Source of the DNA: a virus
Length of the DNA stretch: 38,038 nucleotides
Virus record (IMG/VR): IMGVR_UViG_3300023213_000358
Location: 1 to 38,038 of that record
Direction: 5' to 3' (one strand)
Positions 21,796 to 31,206 of this stretch are shown piece by piece. The notes beneath the pieces are model-generated. The model had not been told where the DNA came from, searched no databases, and saw only the letters and a program-made list of their open reading frames with translations. Within the stretch, counting starts at the first letter, position 1. Each line of letters begins with the position of its first letter. Position numbers and translations under genes: made by a program.

Positions 21796-22347
21796 ATGGG
21801 AGTCGTGCACGCTTTTGAATGCTTGGCCCACGGCCTGTTCGAGTCCCGTGTGAAGGCGGGCGAGGTCCCGAAGTGCCCGAAGGGCTGTAGCAAAGACCTG
21901 GTCACGCTGGTGTTCGTCCAGGCTCCGGGGTTTGTCGGCGCGCGCACCCGCAAGGCCGACCAGCTACTGCGGGAGGCCGCGGAAATGCAAGGCTTGTCGG
22001 ACATCTCGACGAGCCCCTCTCGCCCGGGCGGCTCGGTGGCCGATCGCAACCGCAAGAAAAACCTCCAGCGCATCCGTCTGCCCGATGGCAGTACAGGATA
22101 CGTGCAGCCGAGCCAAGCCGCTGTCTCGATGCAGGCCCCGGACTTCGGCCGCTATGTCGGGGCGCTCACCCACCGGGAAAACACGTTGTCCACGCTCGGC
22201 TTTGGCCACAAGTACGACTCCAGCGAGTGGACCAAGAACGAGGCGACCGGGAACCTCCACCACACCGGGGCGAAGTTGCCGAACCTTCCTATTCCCACCG
22301 GGTCGACCGGGGTCTCGATCGAGCGCGTCAAGGAGCGCAAAAAGTGA
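21796..22347 (+). CDS. Hypothetical protein
   Basis: Internal ATG of the 464-aa track ORF 20953..22347, whose upstream part is Arg/Gly/Pro junk overlapping better genes. Confidence 0.6.
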   Translation: MGVVHAFECLAHGLFESRVKAGEVPKCPKGCSKDLVTLVFVQAPGFVGARTRKADQLLREAAEMQGLSDISTSPSRPGGSVADRNRKKNLQRIRLPDGSTGYVQPSQAAVSMQAPDFGRYVGALTHRENTLSTLGFGHKYDSSEWTKNEATGNLHHTGAKLPNLPIPTGSTGVSIERVKERKK

Positions 22348-22658
22348 AGTATCGGGTGAGTTTTGCCGTCCCGCCGAACGTGGACCGCGCCGTGGCGCAG
22401 ATGCTCGTGCAGGGCCAGGAGCTCGAGGCGGACCAGTACCGCGTTCAAGACAGTGGCTGGCTGGAGTTCTACCAGAAAGGGCCACTGGATCATCCGACCC
22501 AACACGGCGTGCAATTTGTCGCCGATGTGTTGATCATCGCGTACGCGCCCGGTGTCGTGCGCTCGGTGGCGAACGTGGGGGCGTTCGCCGAGGCCACTCT
22601 CTCAGTAAAGGGCTCCCGTGAAGCTCCCCCCCGACCACACGAAGCGCGAGAAGCTTGA
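22344..22658 (+). CDS. Hypothetical protein
   Basis: GTG forms a GTGA overlap upstream. Overlaps the putative portal start by 41 nt. Confidence 0.5.
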   Translation: MKYRVSFAVPPNVDRAVAQMLVQGQELEADQYRVQDSGWLEFYQKGPLDHPTQHGVQFVADVLIIAYAPGVVRSVANVGAFAEATLSVKGSREAPPRPHEAREA

Positions 22659-24378
22659 GCGACTGGATTTCTTCGTCAACCTGAAAGACCGGTGTCTGGT
22701 CTCGCGGCCGGAGCGCCGCGAGCAGTACACGAGCAATCGCTTCTACTGGCTCTATGGCACGGATGGCTCGTACGAGAACGAGGACACCGAGACGGGGTTG
22801 GGCCCCCCGCCCGGGAACAAACTCTGGCCGCACATCGACCAACTCACCTCCTTTCTGTACGCCCAGGACACGACGCGCTTTTCCGTCCAGCCGGGCGTGA
22901 GCCAGCCCGACGTGTTCCAACAGTGGGTGCCGGTGTTGAATGACTACGTGAACGACGAGTGGCACTCCTCCAACACCGACATCGTGTATGGGCTGGCGCT
23001 GCTGCTCTCACTTGTCTACGGCACGACGCTCATCAAGCCTGTCTGGAAGCGCGATGGCATTCAACCTGGCATCGTCCTGCCGCACAACTTTGGCGTCCTG
23101 CGCGAGGACACATTCCAAACTTCCCGCCAGGAGGCCTTCGTTCACTGCTACACGATCACCCCGTCGCAGTTTCGCAATGACTACGGCGCGCTGCCACGCT
23201 TCGAGCAGATTCTGAAGAACGTCAACACGCGCGCGGCAGGCCTGGTGGAAGCGAACGAGGCGGGCATCGATCGCATCATCATGTCGGCGCAGGACCCGCT
23301 CTCGGGCGGCGGGGTCGGCGTCGTGGACTGGCTCGCGCAGGTGTCGATGAACTACGTGCCACGCGTGCGCGAAGAGTTGATCGACATGTTCGAACTCTAC
23401 GTGTACGACGATGCGCTCATGGACTATCGCATCGTCACGATGGCCTCCCCCGACATCCCGCTCTTTGACCGCCCGCTGCAGCTCACCGGCTGGCTGCCTC
23501 ACCAAGAGCCCTTCATCCAGGTGTGCCCGAACCCCGACCCGCACTACTGGTACGGCATCGCCGAAGTCGAGCGCCTGACGCCCTTGCAGGTCTATCGCAA
23601 CAAGTGCATGGCACAGATCGATCACTTGCAGGAACTGCAGGCGCATCCGCCCTCGACCTCCACGGGCTTCCCGTCCGACCTGCTCGAAATGCAGTACGTG
23701 CTGGACAGTCCGAACGGCTTTTTGAACCAGCCTGACCCCTCGAACATGGGGGGTGGGAGTGCGGTGCGTGCCGAGCGCATCAAGATCGACATCCCCCAGG
23801 ATCTGTATAACCGGATCGATCGCATTGACCTGATGTTCGAGGAGATGTCCGGGCTCCCCCCGATCACCAAGGGCCAGGGGGTCGCGGGGGTGCGCTCGGG
23901 AGGTCACGCCTCGGAGCTCGCCAAGCTCGGCTCCTCGCGGGCCAAGAAGCGCGCGCTCGTGATCGAGGACTCCCTTGAGCACCTGGCCACGATCTATTTG
24001 AAGCTCTTGAAGCGTTACGATGACAAGCGCTTGAAATCCTTCACGAATGAGAAGTTTGTGGCGGATCAGTTTACTGATGACTTCATGGTGAAGGTCGATG
24101 CGCACTCGAACTCCCCGATCTTTGCCGATGACCAGACGGCGCTCGCCTTCCAGTTACTGAAAATGAAGGTCATCACGCGCGAGCGCTTCCTGGACATGGT
24201 GCAGGTCCCGAACCGTCGGCAACTGAAGTGGGAACTGAAGAACATTATCGAGCCGGCCGAAGCGAAGGAAGCCCAGATGCGCATGGAACTGGAGAAGCAG
24301 CGTGCCGAGCGCCGCGAGCCCGGGCGGCCCCGTAAACCCAATGGAGCACAGCCGACTACCCCGCCCGCCGCTTCGTGA
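22618..24378 (+). CDS. Portal protein candidate
   Basis: 586 aa. First large gene between terL and the scaffold/capsid genes. No motif-level proof. Confidence 0.6.
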   Translation: MKLPPDHTKREKLERLDFFVNLKDRCLVSRPERREQYTSNRFYWLYGTDGSYENEDTETGLGPPPGNKLWPHIDQLTSFLYAQDTTRFSVQPGVSQPDVFQQWVPVLNDYVNDEWHSSNTDIVYGLALLLSLVYGTTLIKPVWKRDGIQPGIVLPHNFGVLREDTFQTSRQEAFVHCYTITPSQFRNDYGALPRFEQILKNVNTRAAGLVEANEAGIDRIIMSAQDPLSGGGVGVVDWLAQVSMNYVPRVREELIDMFELYVYDDALMDYRIVTMASPDIPLFDRPLQLTGWLPHQEPFIQVCPNPDPHYWYGIAEVERLTPLQVYRNKCMAQIDHLQELQAHPPSTSTGFPSDLLEMQYVLDSPNGFLNQPDPSNMGGGSAVRAERIKIDIPQDLYNRIDRIDLMFEEMSGLPPITKGQGVAGVRSGGHASELAKLGSSRAKKRALVIEDSLEHLATIYLKLLKRYDDKRLKSFTNEKFVADQFTDDFMVKVDAHSNSPIFADDQTALAFQLLKMKVITRERFLDMVQVPNRRQLKWELKNIIEPAEAKEAQMRMELEKQRAERREPGRPRKPNGAQPTTPPAAS

Positions 24379-24485
24379 GGTAGACTTACCCGTGACTGGG
24401 GGCCTTCATGGCAACACCCGGCAGGGATCGGTGAGTGAGTCACTGATCGTCTGCAACCGGGACGCCGACTCGTCAGGAGGAAGCC

Positions 24486-24521
24486 ATGCGCCATCGCAAG
24501 GGCCGTCGCGGGCGACGCTAA
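24486..24521 (+). CDS. 11-codon Arg-rich mini-ORF (MRHRKGRRGRR) with a strong SD
   Basis: cAGGAGGAAGCCATG, read directly. Sits in the 263-nt portal-to-scaffold-region gap, upstream of a terminator-like hairpin. Confidence 0.3.
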   Translation: MRHRKGRRGRR

Positions 24522-24548
24522 ACGCCCGAGTGCTGTTGACCTTGAACG

Positions 24549-24590
24549 ATGCGGCCCGAGGGGTGGCTCCTCTCGGGTCGCATGCGTTTT
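24549..24590 (+). terminator. Intrinsic-terminator-like hairpin
   Basis: A 15-bp stem (atgcggcccgagggg / cctctcgggtcgcat, with 2 G-U pairs), a 5-nt loop (tggct), then gcgTTTT. Confidence 0.5.
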
Positions 24591-24641
24591 GGCGCTGGAA
24601 CAGCTTGACAGCGTTGGACATTCGCGACAGCATCGCCCGCC

Positions 24642-25028
24642 ATGGTGAGCTCTGCGGAGTCGGTGTTGTCGGCGAGTCCTGCCTCGGGCGGGGCGGAGCC
24701 AGTCCCCCCAGGCCCCGCCGCGGCCTCTACGATGACGCCTCAGGAGCCCAAGGGCGAGCAGGCCTCGGCCGATGCAGGCATCATGATTGCGGTCCGGCTC
24801 CTTGAGCGTGCGGCCGTCGTCCACGGCTCGGAGTCCTCCAAGGGCAAGGCGGTGCGCGAGGCCCTCCACGGGCTCACCAAGGCGTATAGTCTGGGCGAGG
24901 ATCAGTTGCTCGAGATCATGCCGGCGGAGATCAAGACGGCGCTCATGGCTCCGGCGGGCGATGCAGGTGGGGGTCCGCAAGAGCTTTCGGGCGCGAGCGC
25001 CCCTGCTGCTGCCGCCGCGGCAGCTTAA
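24642..25028 (+). CDS. Hypothetical protein with a Pro/Ala-rich N-terminus and an Ala-rich C-terminus
   Basis: ORF from the track, GC3-rich throughout. No SD. TTGACA (24605-10) lies upstream. Alternative ATG at 24732. Confidence 0.55.
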   Translation: MVSSAESVLSASPASGGAEPVPPGPAAASTMTPQEPKGEQASADAGIMIAVRLLERAAVVHGSESSKGKAVREALHGLTKAYSLGEDQLLEIMPAEIKTALMAPAGDAGGGPQELSGASAPAAAAAAA

Positions 25029-25042
25029 GACGGAGACCTCAG

Positions 25043-25237
25043 ATGGACAATCGCAAAAAGTTTCTCGGTCCCAACGCGGGCACGCTGCGTGACCCGACCA
25101 GCAATTCCCTCGAGCACGGCCGGATGCGTAATCCGCCGCGTATGATGGAAATGGGCGGGTTTGATCGCACGGGCAAGGGTTTCCACAAGAACGACAAGAA
25201 GCTCTCCCCCGTGGCCACTTCGGTCAGTTCACGGTGA
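25043..25237 (+). CDS. Hypothetical small basic protein
   Basis: SD GGAGAcctcagATG. ORF from the track. Confidence 0.6.
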   Translation: MDNRKKFLGPNAGTLRDPTSNSLEHGRMRNPPRMMEMGGFDRTGKGFHKNDKKLSPVATSVSSR

Positions 25238-25323
25238 GTGTGCGGGCGAAAGGCCGTGGGTTCCCGCGCGGGACCAACCTGCGCAAAGTCACCAGTCGCT
25301 CGCAGCGACGGGGGAGGCGGTAA

Positions 25324-25863
25324 ATGGCCGGTATCGAGGACCTGAGCCCCGCGGATGCGCAAGCGCATGCGCTCGGTAAGCTGCTGCTCTCCAACCCCGA
25401 AGTGGCCAACCAGGCCAAGCGCCTCGCCAAGAAAGCCAACCCCGCACTGCAACTCCCGGAGATCGACCTCGAGGATGCGCTCGTGAGGGAGCGCAACGAC
25501 TCGATCGCCCGCGAGAAAAAGATCGAAGATCAGTTGATGGCCGAGCGCGTCGAGCGGCGCCGCGCCGAGCGCAACACGGACATCGTGAAAGCCGGCTTCA
25601 CCGTCGAGGAGATCGAGAAGATCATCGTCGATGAGAAGTGCTCGTACGACACGGCGATGAAACTCGCCGCGGCGTTGCGTCAGACCGCCGAGCCCTCCGC
25701 TCCGGACATCCGCTCGTCCACGATGATCGGGGAGCCGCTGAACCTGCGCCCGGCGGATGACTGGAAAAAGCTCGACAAGGCGGGCGCGCAGCGTCTGGGC
25801 CTGAAACTCGCGCACGAGATGGTCGACGACTTTCGCAAGCAAAGGCGCGCAGGCGCTCGGTAG
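25324..25863 (+). CDS. Scaffolding protein candidate
   Basis: Highly charged helical protein (ERNDSIAREKKIEDQLMAERVERRRAERN) immediately 5' of the capsid gene. SD GGGGGAGG. Confidence 0.55.
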   Translation: MAGIEDLSPADAQAHALGKLLLSNPEVANQAKRLAKKANPALQLPEIDLEDALVRERNDSIAREKKIEDQLMAERVERRRAERNTDIVKAGFTVEEIEKIIVDEKCSYDTAMKLAAALRQTAEPSAPDIRSSTMIGEPLNLRPADDWKKLDKAGAQRLGLKLAHEMVDDFRKQRRAGAR

Positions 25864-25909
25864 TCTGTAAGCACACCCGTGGGGGCGGGGTCACAATGGA
25901 GCGACATCC

Positions 25910-26929
25910 ATGCCCGTACCCGGCGGTTTACTTCCACAACTAGGGCCTCAGTACGCCGAACTGGCGGCCATCACGCGACGCTGCTTTCTCGCGCAGCTTG
26001 TCGTGCAGATTTATAACGCCAGTCCCCTGATGGCGTCTTTCCTGGCGAATGCGCAGTCCGCAGGCGGTGGGGTCTCCTCGATCACGGTCCCGGTCCAGGG
26101 TTCTCCCTTGGTGGTCGCCTCGGCCGCCGGGTACGACGGCTCCTTCACCCCGCCCCCGCCGCTCACGGGCGTGCAGGATGCAGAATACAACCTGCAGTTG
26201 GTGCTGACCCCCATTCCCTTCTTAGGCATGGAGGGGCTGGTGCAGGTCGATCATGCCGTGATCCCGATGATCCAGGCGCGCATGAACGATGCGACCAATG
26301 TCACCATGGATTTCATGGCGACCGATGCCTACTCCAACGTCTCGCTCACCAACAACCGGGTAGTCGGGTTGGATGGCGCGATCGATGACGGCACGAATCT
26401 GAATGTCTACGGGAACATTCCCCGTAACGCCAATCCCTGGTGGAAGAGCTACGTCAAGGCCTCCGGCGGCGGCAACCCCACGCGCAAGACCGTGATGCAG
26501 TGGATCGTCGGACTCAACAAGTACTGTGGCGAGCAGCCCTCGTTTGGCGTCACGGACGCTGGCACGTGGGCGAATCTTGCGCAAGACTATGTCGGGGCCG
26601 AGACCTACATGATCACGCCCGGGAACGCGTTTGACTCGGACGCCGATCGGCCGCGCGCCGCGTTCAAGGCGCTCGATGTCGCCGGCGTCCCCGTTTACAT
26701 GGACCCCTACTTCCCGACCGCAGATGCCGGGCAGATCGATCTCGTCAACTCGAACTATCTGAATGCGTACTGGCACGACCAGGCCGCCTTCAATTTCTCG
26801 GGCTTCGAGTCCACGATCCCCAACTTCCAGATCGGCTACGTCGGAGTGGTCGTGAACGCATGGCAGATCGTGAATGTCAAACCGAAGGCGAGCGGAAGAA
26901 TTACCGGGTACACCAGTTTGCCGATTTAG
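25910..26929 (+). CDS. Major capsid protein candidate
   Basis: 339 aa. Follows the scaffold-like gene. SD GGAG. Composition and size are typical of HK97-fold coat proteins. Not verified by search. Confidence 0.65.
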   Translation: MPVPGGLLPQLGPQYAELAAITRRCFLAQLVVQIYNASPLMASFLANAQSAGGGVSSITVPVQGSPLVVASAAGYDGSFTPPPPLTGVQDAEYNLQLVLTPIPFLGMEGLVQVDHAVIPMIQARMNDATNVTMDFMATDAYSNVSLTNNRVVGLDGAIDDGTNLNVYGNIPRNANPWWKSYVKASGGGNPTRKTVMQWIVGLNKYCGEQPSFGVTDAGTWANLAQDYVGAETYMITPGNAFDSDADRPRAAFKALDVAGVPVYMDPYFPTADAGQIDLVNSNYLNAYWHDQAAFNFSGFESTIPNFQIGYVGVVVNAWQIVNVKPKASGRITGYTSLPI

Positions 26930-26960
26930 GCGGTACGGGCTCGCTCACTGAGGACTCTGT

Positions 26961-27632
26961 ATGCAACAGCTCCAGGCTCTGCCGAACACGGTCTTTCTCC
27001 AGCCGGAGTTCTCGACGACGGCCGTCCCGATTGCCATGGGCGCCGGCGGCCTCATGGCGCTGCAGAACAGCGGCGCGGGTTCCAACGTCGCGCTCCTTAC
27101 CTTCAACGCCGCGCACGGCTACACCGCGACGCTACAGCCGAACGGCACGACGCTCATCCAGAACGCGACGACGGGTCACGGGCCGACGATCACGGGGGGG
27201 ACGACGCTCGACACCGGAGCGTACACGCTCTTTCAGTTGACCGGGGCGACGGTCAACACGGCCGTCAACGGTTTCACCATGGGCATTCTCGCGATTCCCT
27301 CGACGACCACCATGTTGGTCGCCTGCCCGGTCACAGGGACCAACCCGACCGTCACGGCCGCAAGCTTCCTGCCGGTGTTTGTGCTGCAGTATGGGCAGTA
27401 CAACGTCGCGCTGGGCGCGAATTGCGCCGCGCAGTACAACCCCGACAACACGGGTTCCCCGTACATCGCCACCACCGGGCCGGGGTCGGCGACGGTGCCG
27501 GCGCCGACTTTCCGTCAGTTGGCGGCCGTCTCGACGACCAGCCAGATCGAGTTCGAGGGGCTTGCGGGCCAGACCATCCTCATCGCAAACGGCGGGGCGG
27601 GTACGTCGCGCTGGTCACAGTATTTCCGTTAA
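26961..27632 (+). CDS. Virion structural protein candidate (Thr/Gly/Ala/Asn-rich, beta-type)
   Basis: ORF from the track. SD GAGGA. Confidence 0.65.
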   Translation: MQQLQALPNTVFLQPEFSTTAVPIAMGAGGLMALQNSGAGSNVALLTFNAAHGYTATLQPNGTTLIQNATTGHGPTITGGTTLDTGAYTLFQLTGATVNTAVNGFTMGILAIPSTTTMLVACPVTGTNPTVTAASFLPVFVLQYGQYNVALGANCAAQYNPDNTGSPYIATTGPGSATVPAPTFRQLAAVSTTSQIEFEGLAGQTILIANGGAGTSRWSQYFR

Positions 27633-27665
27633 GTGCGCTGACTTCACTGGGGGGCTGATTCGCCT

Positions 27666-28058
27666 ATGGACATCAAAGTCATCAGTCACTTGCCTGAGGC
27701 CTTGTACGGCCGCTTTGACGGCGTGGACTATGCGTTCCTGCCCGAAAAAGCGACTGTCCTGTCGCTCGCGGCCGCCACGCACATCTTTGACTTGGGGGAA
27801 GAGGACAAGTCCCGCGCGCTCAACCGCTTGGGCCTCCTGATCCCAGGCCGCAGTACATACCAGGAAGCGCTCGACAAGTTGGACCAGATTTCCTTCATGA
27901 AGGGCAAGACCGTCTTTGATGATGACGATGACACCCCGACCGACGGGATGCCGGCCGAGGCACCCCGCGGCGCGCCGCGCACCGGGGGACGACGCCCCCA
28001 CGTTGGCCCCAGTGGGGACTCGGGGGAGGCTTCGGCCTCCCCCGCAGGCTCCCGCTGA
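27666..28058 (+). CDS. Hypothetical protein with an acidic-then-basic disordered tail
   Basis: ORF from the track. The sequence contains DDDDDTPTDG. Confidence 0.6.
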   Translation: MDIKVISHLPEALYGRFDGVDYAFLPEKATVLSLAAATHIFDLGEEDKSRALNRLGLLIPGRSTYQEALDKLDQISFMKGKTVFDDDDDTPTDGMPAEAPRGAPRTGGRRPHVGPSGDSGEASASPAGSR

Positions 28059-28071
28059 TGTGCGCGCGTAA

Positions 28072-28725
28072 ATGGGTGCCCTCGACACCTATAACCTGCG
28101 TGTCCGACGCCTGCTGACCGACCCGAACAAGAACTACTGGCAGGACCCCGAGCTCAACGACGACATCAACCAGGCGCGCATTCGGGTCGCCGCCGACACG
28201 AAGTGTCTGCGCCAGTTGATCACGGGTATCAATCTCACGGGAGGGCTGGAACTCTACAACATTGTCAATACGGTCAACACAGGCACGCCGGCGAACATGG
28301 GGCTCAATGTGATCGAGGTCATCTCGGTCACGATCTACTGGGGCAACATGCGCGTGAAGTGCCAGAATCGCTCCTTCACCGAGCAGGACGCGAAGCTGCG
28401 GATCTTCCAGACCTATCAGACCCGCCCGGGCTCGCTCGCCATCATGGGCGGCAACAACGTGTACTTGAACCCGCAGCCGGATCAAACCTACGTCTCGGAC
28501 TGGGATGTCGTCCTGGTGCCGAGTCCCTTGGCGACCTCGACCGACCCGGAAGTACTACCCGTCGTATTCCAGGGACTGCCGCAGTGGTTCGCCGCCTCCA
28601 TCGCCAAGTACGGCGAGCAGTCGATGTCGGAGTCTGATCTCTTCTACAAGAAGTATCTGCTGGAGCGCCAGGCCGCCTCCTTCGCGTTCCTCTCCTCCCG
28701 GTGGCGTGACGCGTACCGGCGCTGA
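28072..28725 (+). CDS. Head-tail adaptor / tail-tubular-A-like candidate (by position and size)
   Basis: 217 aa, in the position after the capsid genes as in podoviruses. Confidence 0.5.
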   Translation: MGALDTYNLRVRRLLTDPNKNYWQDPELNDDINQARIRVAADTKCLRQLITGINLTGGLELYNIVNTVNTGTPANMGLNVIEVISVTIYWGNMRVKCQNRSFTEQDAKLRIFQTYQTRPGSLAIMGGNNVYLNPQPDQTYVSDWDVVLVPSPLATSTDPEVLPVVFQGLPQWFAASIAKYGEQSMSESDLFYKKYLLERQAASFAFLSSRWRDAYRR

Positions 28726-28734
28726 GGTGCTGTC

Positions 28735-30324
28735 GTGGCCCAGCACATTGAAGCCAAGGAGGAGCGAGCGCTCCAGACCTACACCTTCAAAGACTTTCTC
28801 GCCGTCAACACGACCAACGCCCGCGTCGCCTGCCCGCCGCAGGCCTTCTACAATCTGGAGAACGCCCAACCGATCGGCTCCGGCAATCTGCACTCGGTCG
28901 CCGACATCACGGCCGCGCTCCACAACTACGCGGCCGACACGATCTACACCGATGCCAACGCGAACCTCGCGGGCACCGAGTACCTGATCCAAGCGAGCAC
29001 GAACCAGAAGGCCTTTGCCTTCAATGTCGGGGCCTCCACCGCGACGCAGATCAACGGGGCGATCAACTTAGCCGGCGCGGGCACGACCTTCGCCCAGTGG
29101 CAGAACTCCAACGTGCTGCTCGTGGACTCCACGGGGTATTACCAGTGGAACGGCGCCGGGAACATTGTGGCGATCACGGGCACCGGCGCACCATCCTCCG
29201 GCAATGCGATTGCGGTGTACCAGAATCGTGTCTGGATCGCCGCCGGTCGGTTGCTGTACTTCTCCGCCCCCAACTCGTTCTCAGACTTCACCACGGCCTC
29301 GGGCGGCGGGTTCACGACACTCGTGGACTCGACCTTGCGCTCGTCGGTCCAGGCTCTTTTTGCCGCAAACGGCTATCTCTACATCTGGGGTGTCAGTTCG
29401 ATTGACTCGATCTCCGATCTCTACATCCCGGCGGGGGCTTCCCCCCCGACGCCGAATTTCACCAAACTGAACCTCTCCGCCGTCGTGGGAACGGATCAGC
29501 CGGGCTCGATCTACGTGTACGGGCGACTCGTGTTCTTTGCCAATCGGTACGGCGCCTGGAGTCTCTACGGTACGACGCTCACGCAAATCTCGAGCCCCGA
29601 TCCGAACAACGCCTATAACTCCGCCATCGATGGCACCTGGCAGTACGTGGACTTCACCAAGGTGGTCTCCGGCGGGCAGGTGATCTCGAACAATATCTTG
29701 TGCGGGGCGTTTCTCTTGAAGCGCTTGAACGACCCCGTGTTTGGCTCCAATACCGTGGTCGCGATCTACCAGGGGAACGCCGCCGGCGGGCGCTGGTGGT
29801 TCTCCAATTACGGCACGACAGGGGTGATCACGCGCATTACGACGGCGTACGTGAACAACATCCCGGCCCTCTTTGCCTACATCGGGAACCAGATTTACCA
29901 GTTGCTGCAGAACACTGCTTCCGCCCCGCCAGCCATCGTCTCCACGGCGCTGTGGGACTTTGGCGATCCGATCACCGAGAAACAGGTCATCAAAATCGGA
30001 ACGGGGATGACTATTTTCGCGTCGGTGAACTTGACGACCGCGTTGCTGACAGTGGACACCCAAGTCGGGTCCTCGCCCACAAACGTGAATTTTGGCGTCA
30101 TTCAATGGGTGAACAACAGCAACCAAGTCGTGCAGTGGCAGAACAATGCACTCGCGATCGTCGCGTGGCAGGTCCCGGTTCAGTACAGTACGTTCTGGGG
30201 GCAAGCGCCCCAAGGTTTCGCTAAATTTGTGGGTCTGACCTTGAGCACGCCGCAAGGAATGTTGTGGGAACTGAACTCGTTTCTGATGGACTATAAACTC
30301 GCCTCCAGATGGGTAGGCAAGTAG
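28735..30324 (+). CDS. Large beta-rich tail structural protein (nozzle / tail-tubular-B-like candidate)
   Basis: 529 aa. GTG start with SD GAGG. Repeated beta-strand-like blocks rich in Tyr/Trp/Gly/Asn. Confidence 0.55.
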   Translation: MAQHIEAKEERALQTYTFKDFLAVNTTNARVACPPQAFYNLENAQPIGSGNLHSVADITAALHNYAADTIYTDANANLAGTEYLIQASTNQKAFAFNVGASTATQINGAINLAGAGTTFAQWQNSNVLLVDSTGYYQWNGAGNIVAITGTGAPSSGNAIAVYQNRVWIAAGRLLYFSAPNSFSDFTTASGGGFTTLVDSTLRSSVQALFAANGYLYIWGVSSIDSISDLYIPAGASPPTPNFTKLNLSAVVGTDQPGSIYVYGRLVFFANRYGAWSLYGTTLTQISSPDPNNAYNSAIDGTWQYVDFTKVVSGGQVISNNILCGAFLLKRLNDPVFGSNTVVAIYQGNAAGGRWWFSNYGTTGVITRITTAYVNNIPALFAYIGNQIYQLLQNTASAPPAIVSTALWDFGDPITEKQVIKIGTGMTIFASVNLTTALLTVDTQVGSSPTNVNFGVIQWVNNSNQVVQWQNNALAIVAWQVPVQYSTFWGQAPQGFAKFVGLTLSTPQGMLWELNSFLMDYKLASRWVGK

Positions 30325-30334
30325 GAGCGACAAC

Positions 30335-31204
30335 ATGGCTGGCAATGTCTCGGGACTGCATGCGTTCGCAACGGATGTCGGACCAATTCCGCTTAATCTG
30401 CTCGACACGAACTACGGGACACAGACGACCGCCCTCAACACGCTGAACAACTTCGCCAATAGCTATACTGACACGGGAGTGGTGAACGCTCTCGTCGTCG
30501 CCCCCGCTGCCGCGCAGTTCGTGGCGTATAGCGACGGCCTGTTGTTACAGGTCAAGGTCGCAAACACCAACACGGCAAGCGTCGTCACCATCAATGTGGG
30601 CGGGCTGGGGGTAAGGAACATCGTCAACCCGGATGGTTCACCCCTTGCGAGCGGACAACTGTTGGCTGGATCGTGGATCACTCTGCAGTACGTCCAACCG
30701 GCAAACCAGTTTCAATTGACCTCTGGAGCCTCCCAACACACGTTCGTCACGCTCAAAGTAAAAGCGGCGGCAACTAGCAGGGCCAGTACCACGGTACTGT
30801 CGAACGACCCCGACCTCGTTGTCACTGTGCCCGCAGCCGGAACGTACTTATACGAACTGTTGGTGCAGCCCTACCAGAATGGTGGGGGTACAGTCGCGAT
30901 TGGGTTGAATCTGAACTACTCTGCGGCATATTCAGGGAACAACTCCCCTTACCTTCTCGACGGCAAAGTAGCCGGAGTCATAACGGGTCCCAGCCAGCAA
31001 GCGGTGGCAACGCTGCCAACCACCCTTGCTTTTACTTCTCCGGTTTTGGCGAGCTTTCCGGGCAGTGCGATTATTCGCATCATGGGTGTTCTCGTCGCCA
31101 CGGGGATCGGAACGCTAGGGTTTGCGTGGGCTCAGAGCGCCTCGAATGTGAATCCGGTCGTCGTTGACGTGGGGAGTTATCTCAAAGTCACGCAGGCTAA
31201 CTAG
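30335..31204 (+). CDS. Tail fibre-like protein
   Basis: The N-terminal pattern LLDTNYG...LNTLNN...DTGVVNALVV...DGLLLQVKVANTNTASVVTINVGGLGVRNIV resembles phage fibre N-terminal domains. SD AGGAG. Confidence 0.6.
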   Translation: MAGNVSGLHAFATDVGPIPLNLLDTNYGTQTTALNTLNNFANSYTDTGVVNALVVAPAAAQFVAYSDGLLLQVKVANTNTASVVTINVGGLGVRNIVNPDGSPLASGQLLAGSWITLQYVQPANQFQLTSGASQHTFVTLKVKAAATSRASTTVLSNDPDLVVTVPAAGTYLYELLVQPYQNGGGTVAIGLNLNYSAAYSGNNSPYLLDGKVAGVITGPSQQAVATLPTTLAFTSPVLASFPGSAIIRIMGVLVATGIGTLGFAWAQSASNVNPVVVDVGSYLKVTQAN

Positions 31205-31206
31205 TC

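Noticed and set aside
20953-22347. 464-aa track ORF. Other over-extended ORFs are 20235..21314, 6958..8073, 8136..8894, 8887..9822, 6360..6995, 12671..13363, 34668..36350 and 31446..33476.
   Set aside because: Only the 3' portions are credible. The 5' extensions overlap better-supported genes in other frames and translate to Arg/Pro/Gly/Ser-rich low-complexity sequence. Internal starts with SDs or 4-nt overlaps fit the operon syntax.
23008-24105. 365-aa ORF on the - strand, antisense to the portal candidate. Similar long antisense ORFs occur at 18350..19162, 19262..19963, 19926..20549, 24066..24980, 25039..25842, 26222..26776, 27895..28485, 29281..30408, 32643..33422 and 34935..35858.
   Set aside because: These are shadow ORFs typical of GC-rich DNA. 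Their translations are Arg/Gly/His/Pro/Val-rich junk. They lie entirely opposite long, GC3-rich, SD-preceded and translationally coupled genes, and they lack any SD or operon logic.
24302-24805. 167-aa + strand ORF bridging the portal end and the next gene.
   Set aside because: It is out of frame with both supported neighbours, crosses the terminator-like hairpin, and has an Arg/Gly/Ser-rich junk translation.
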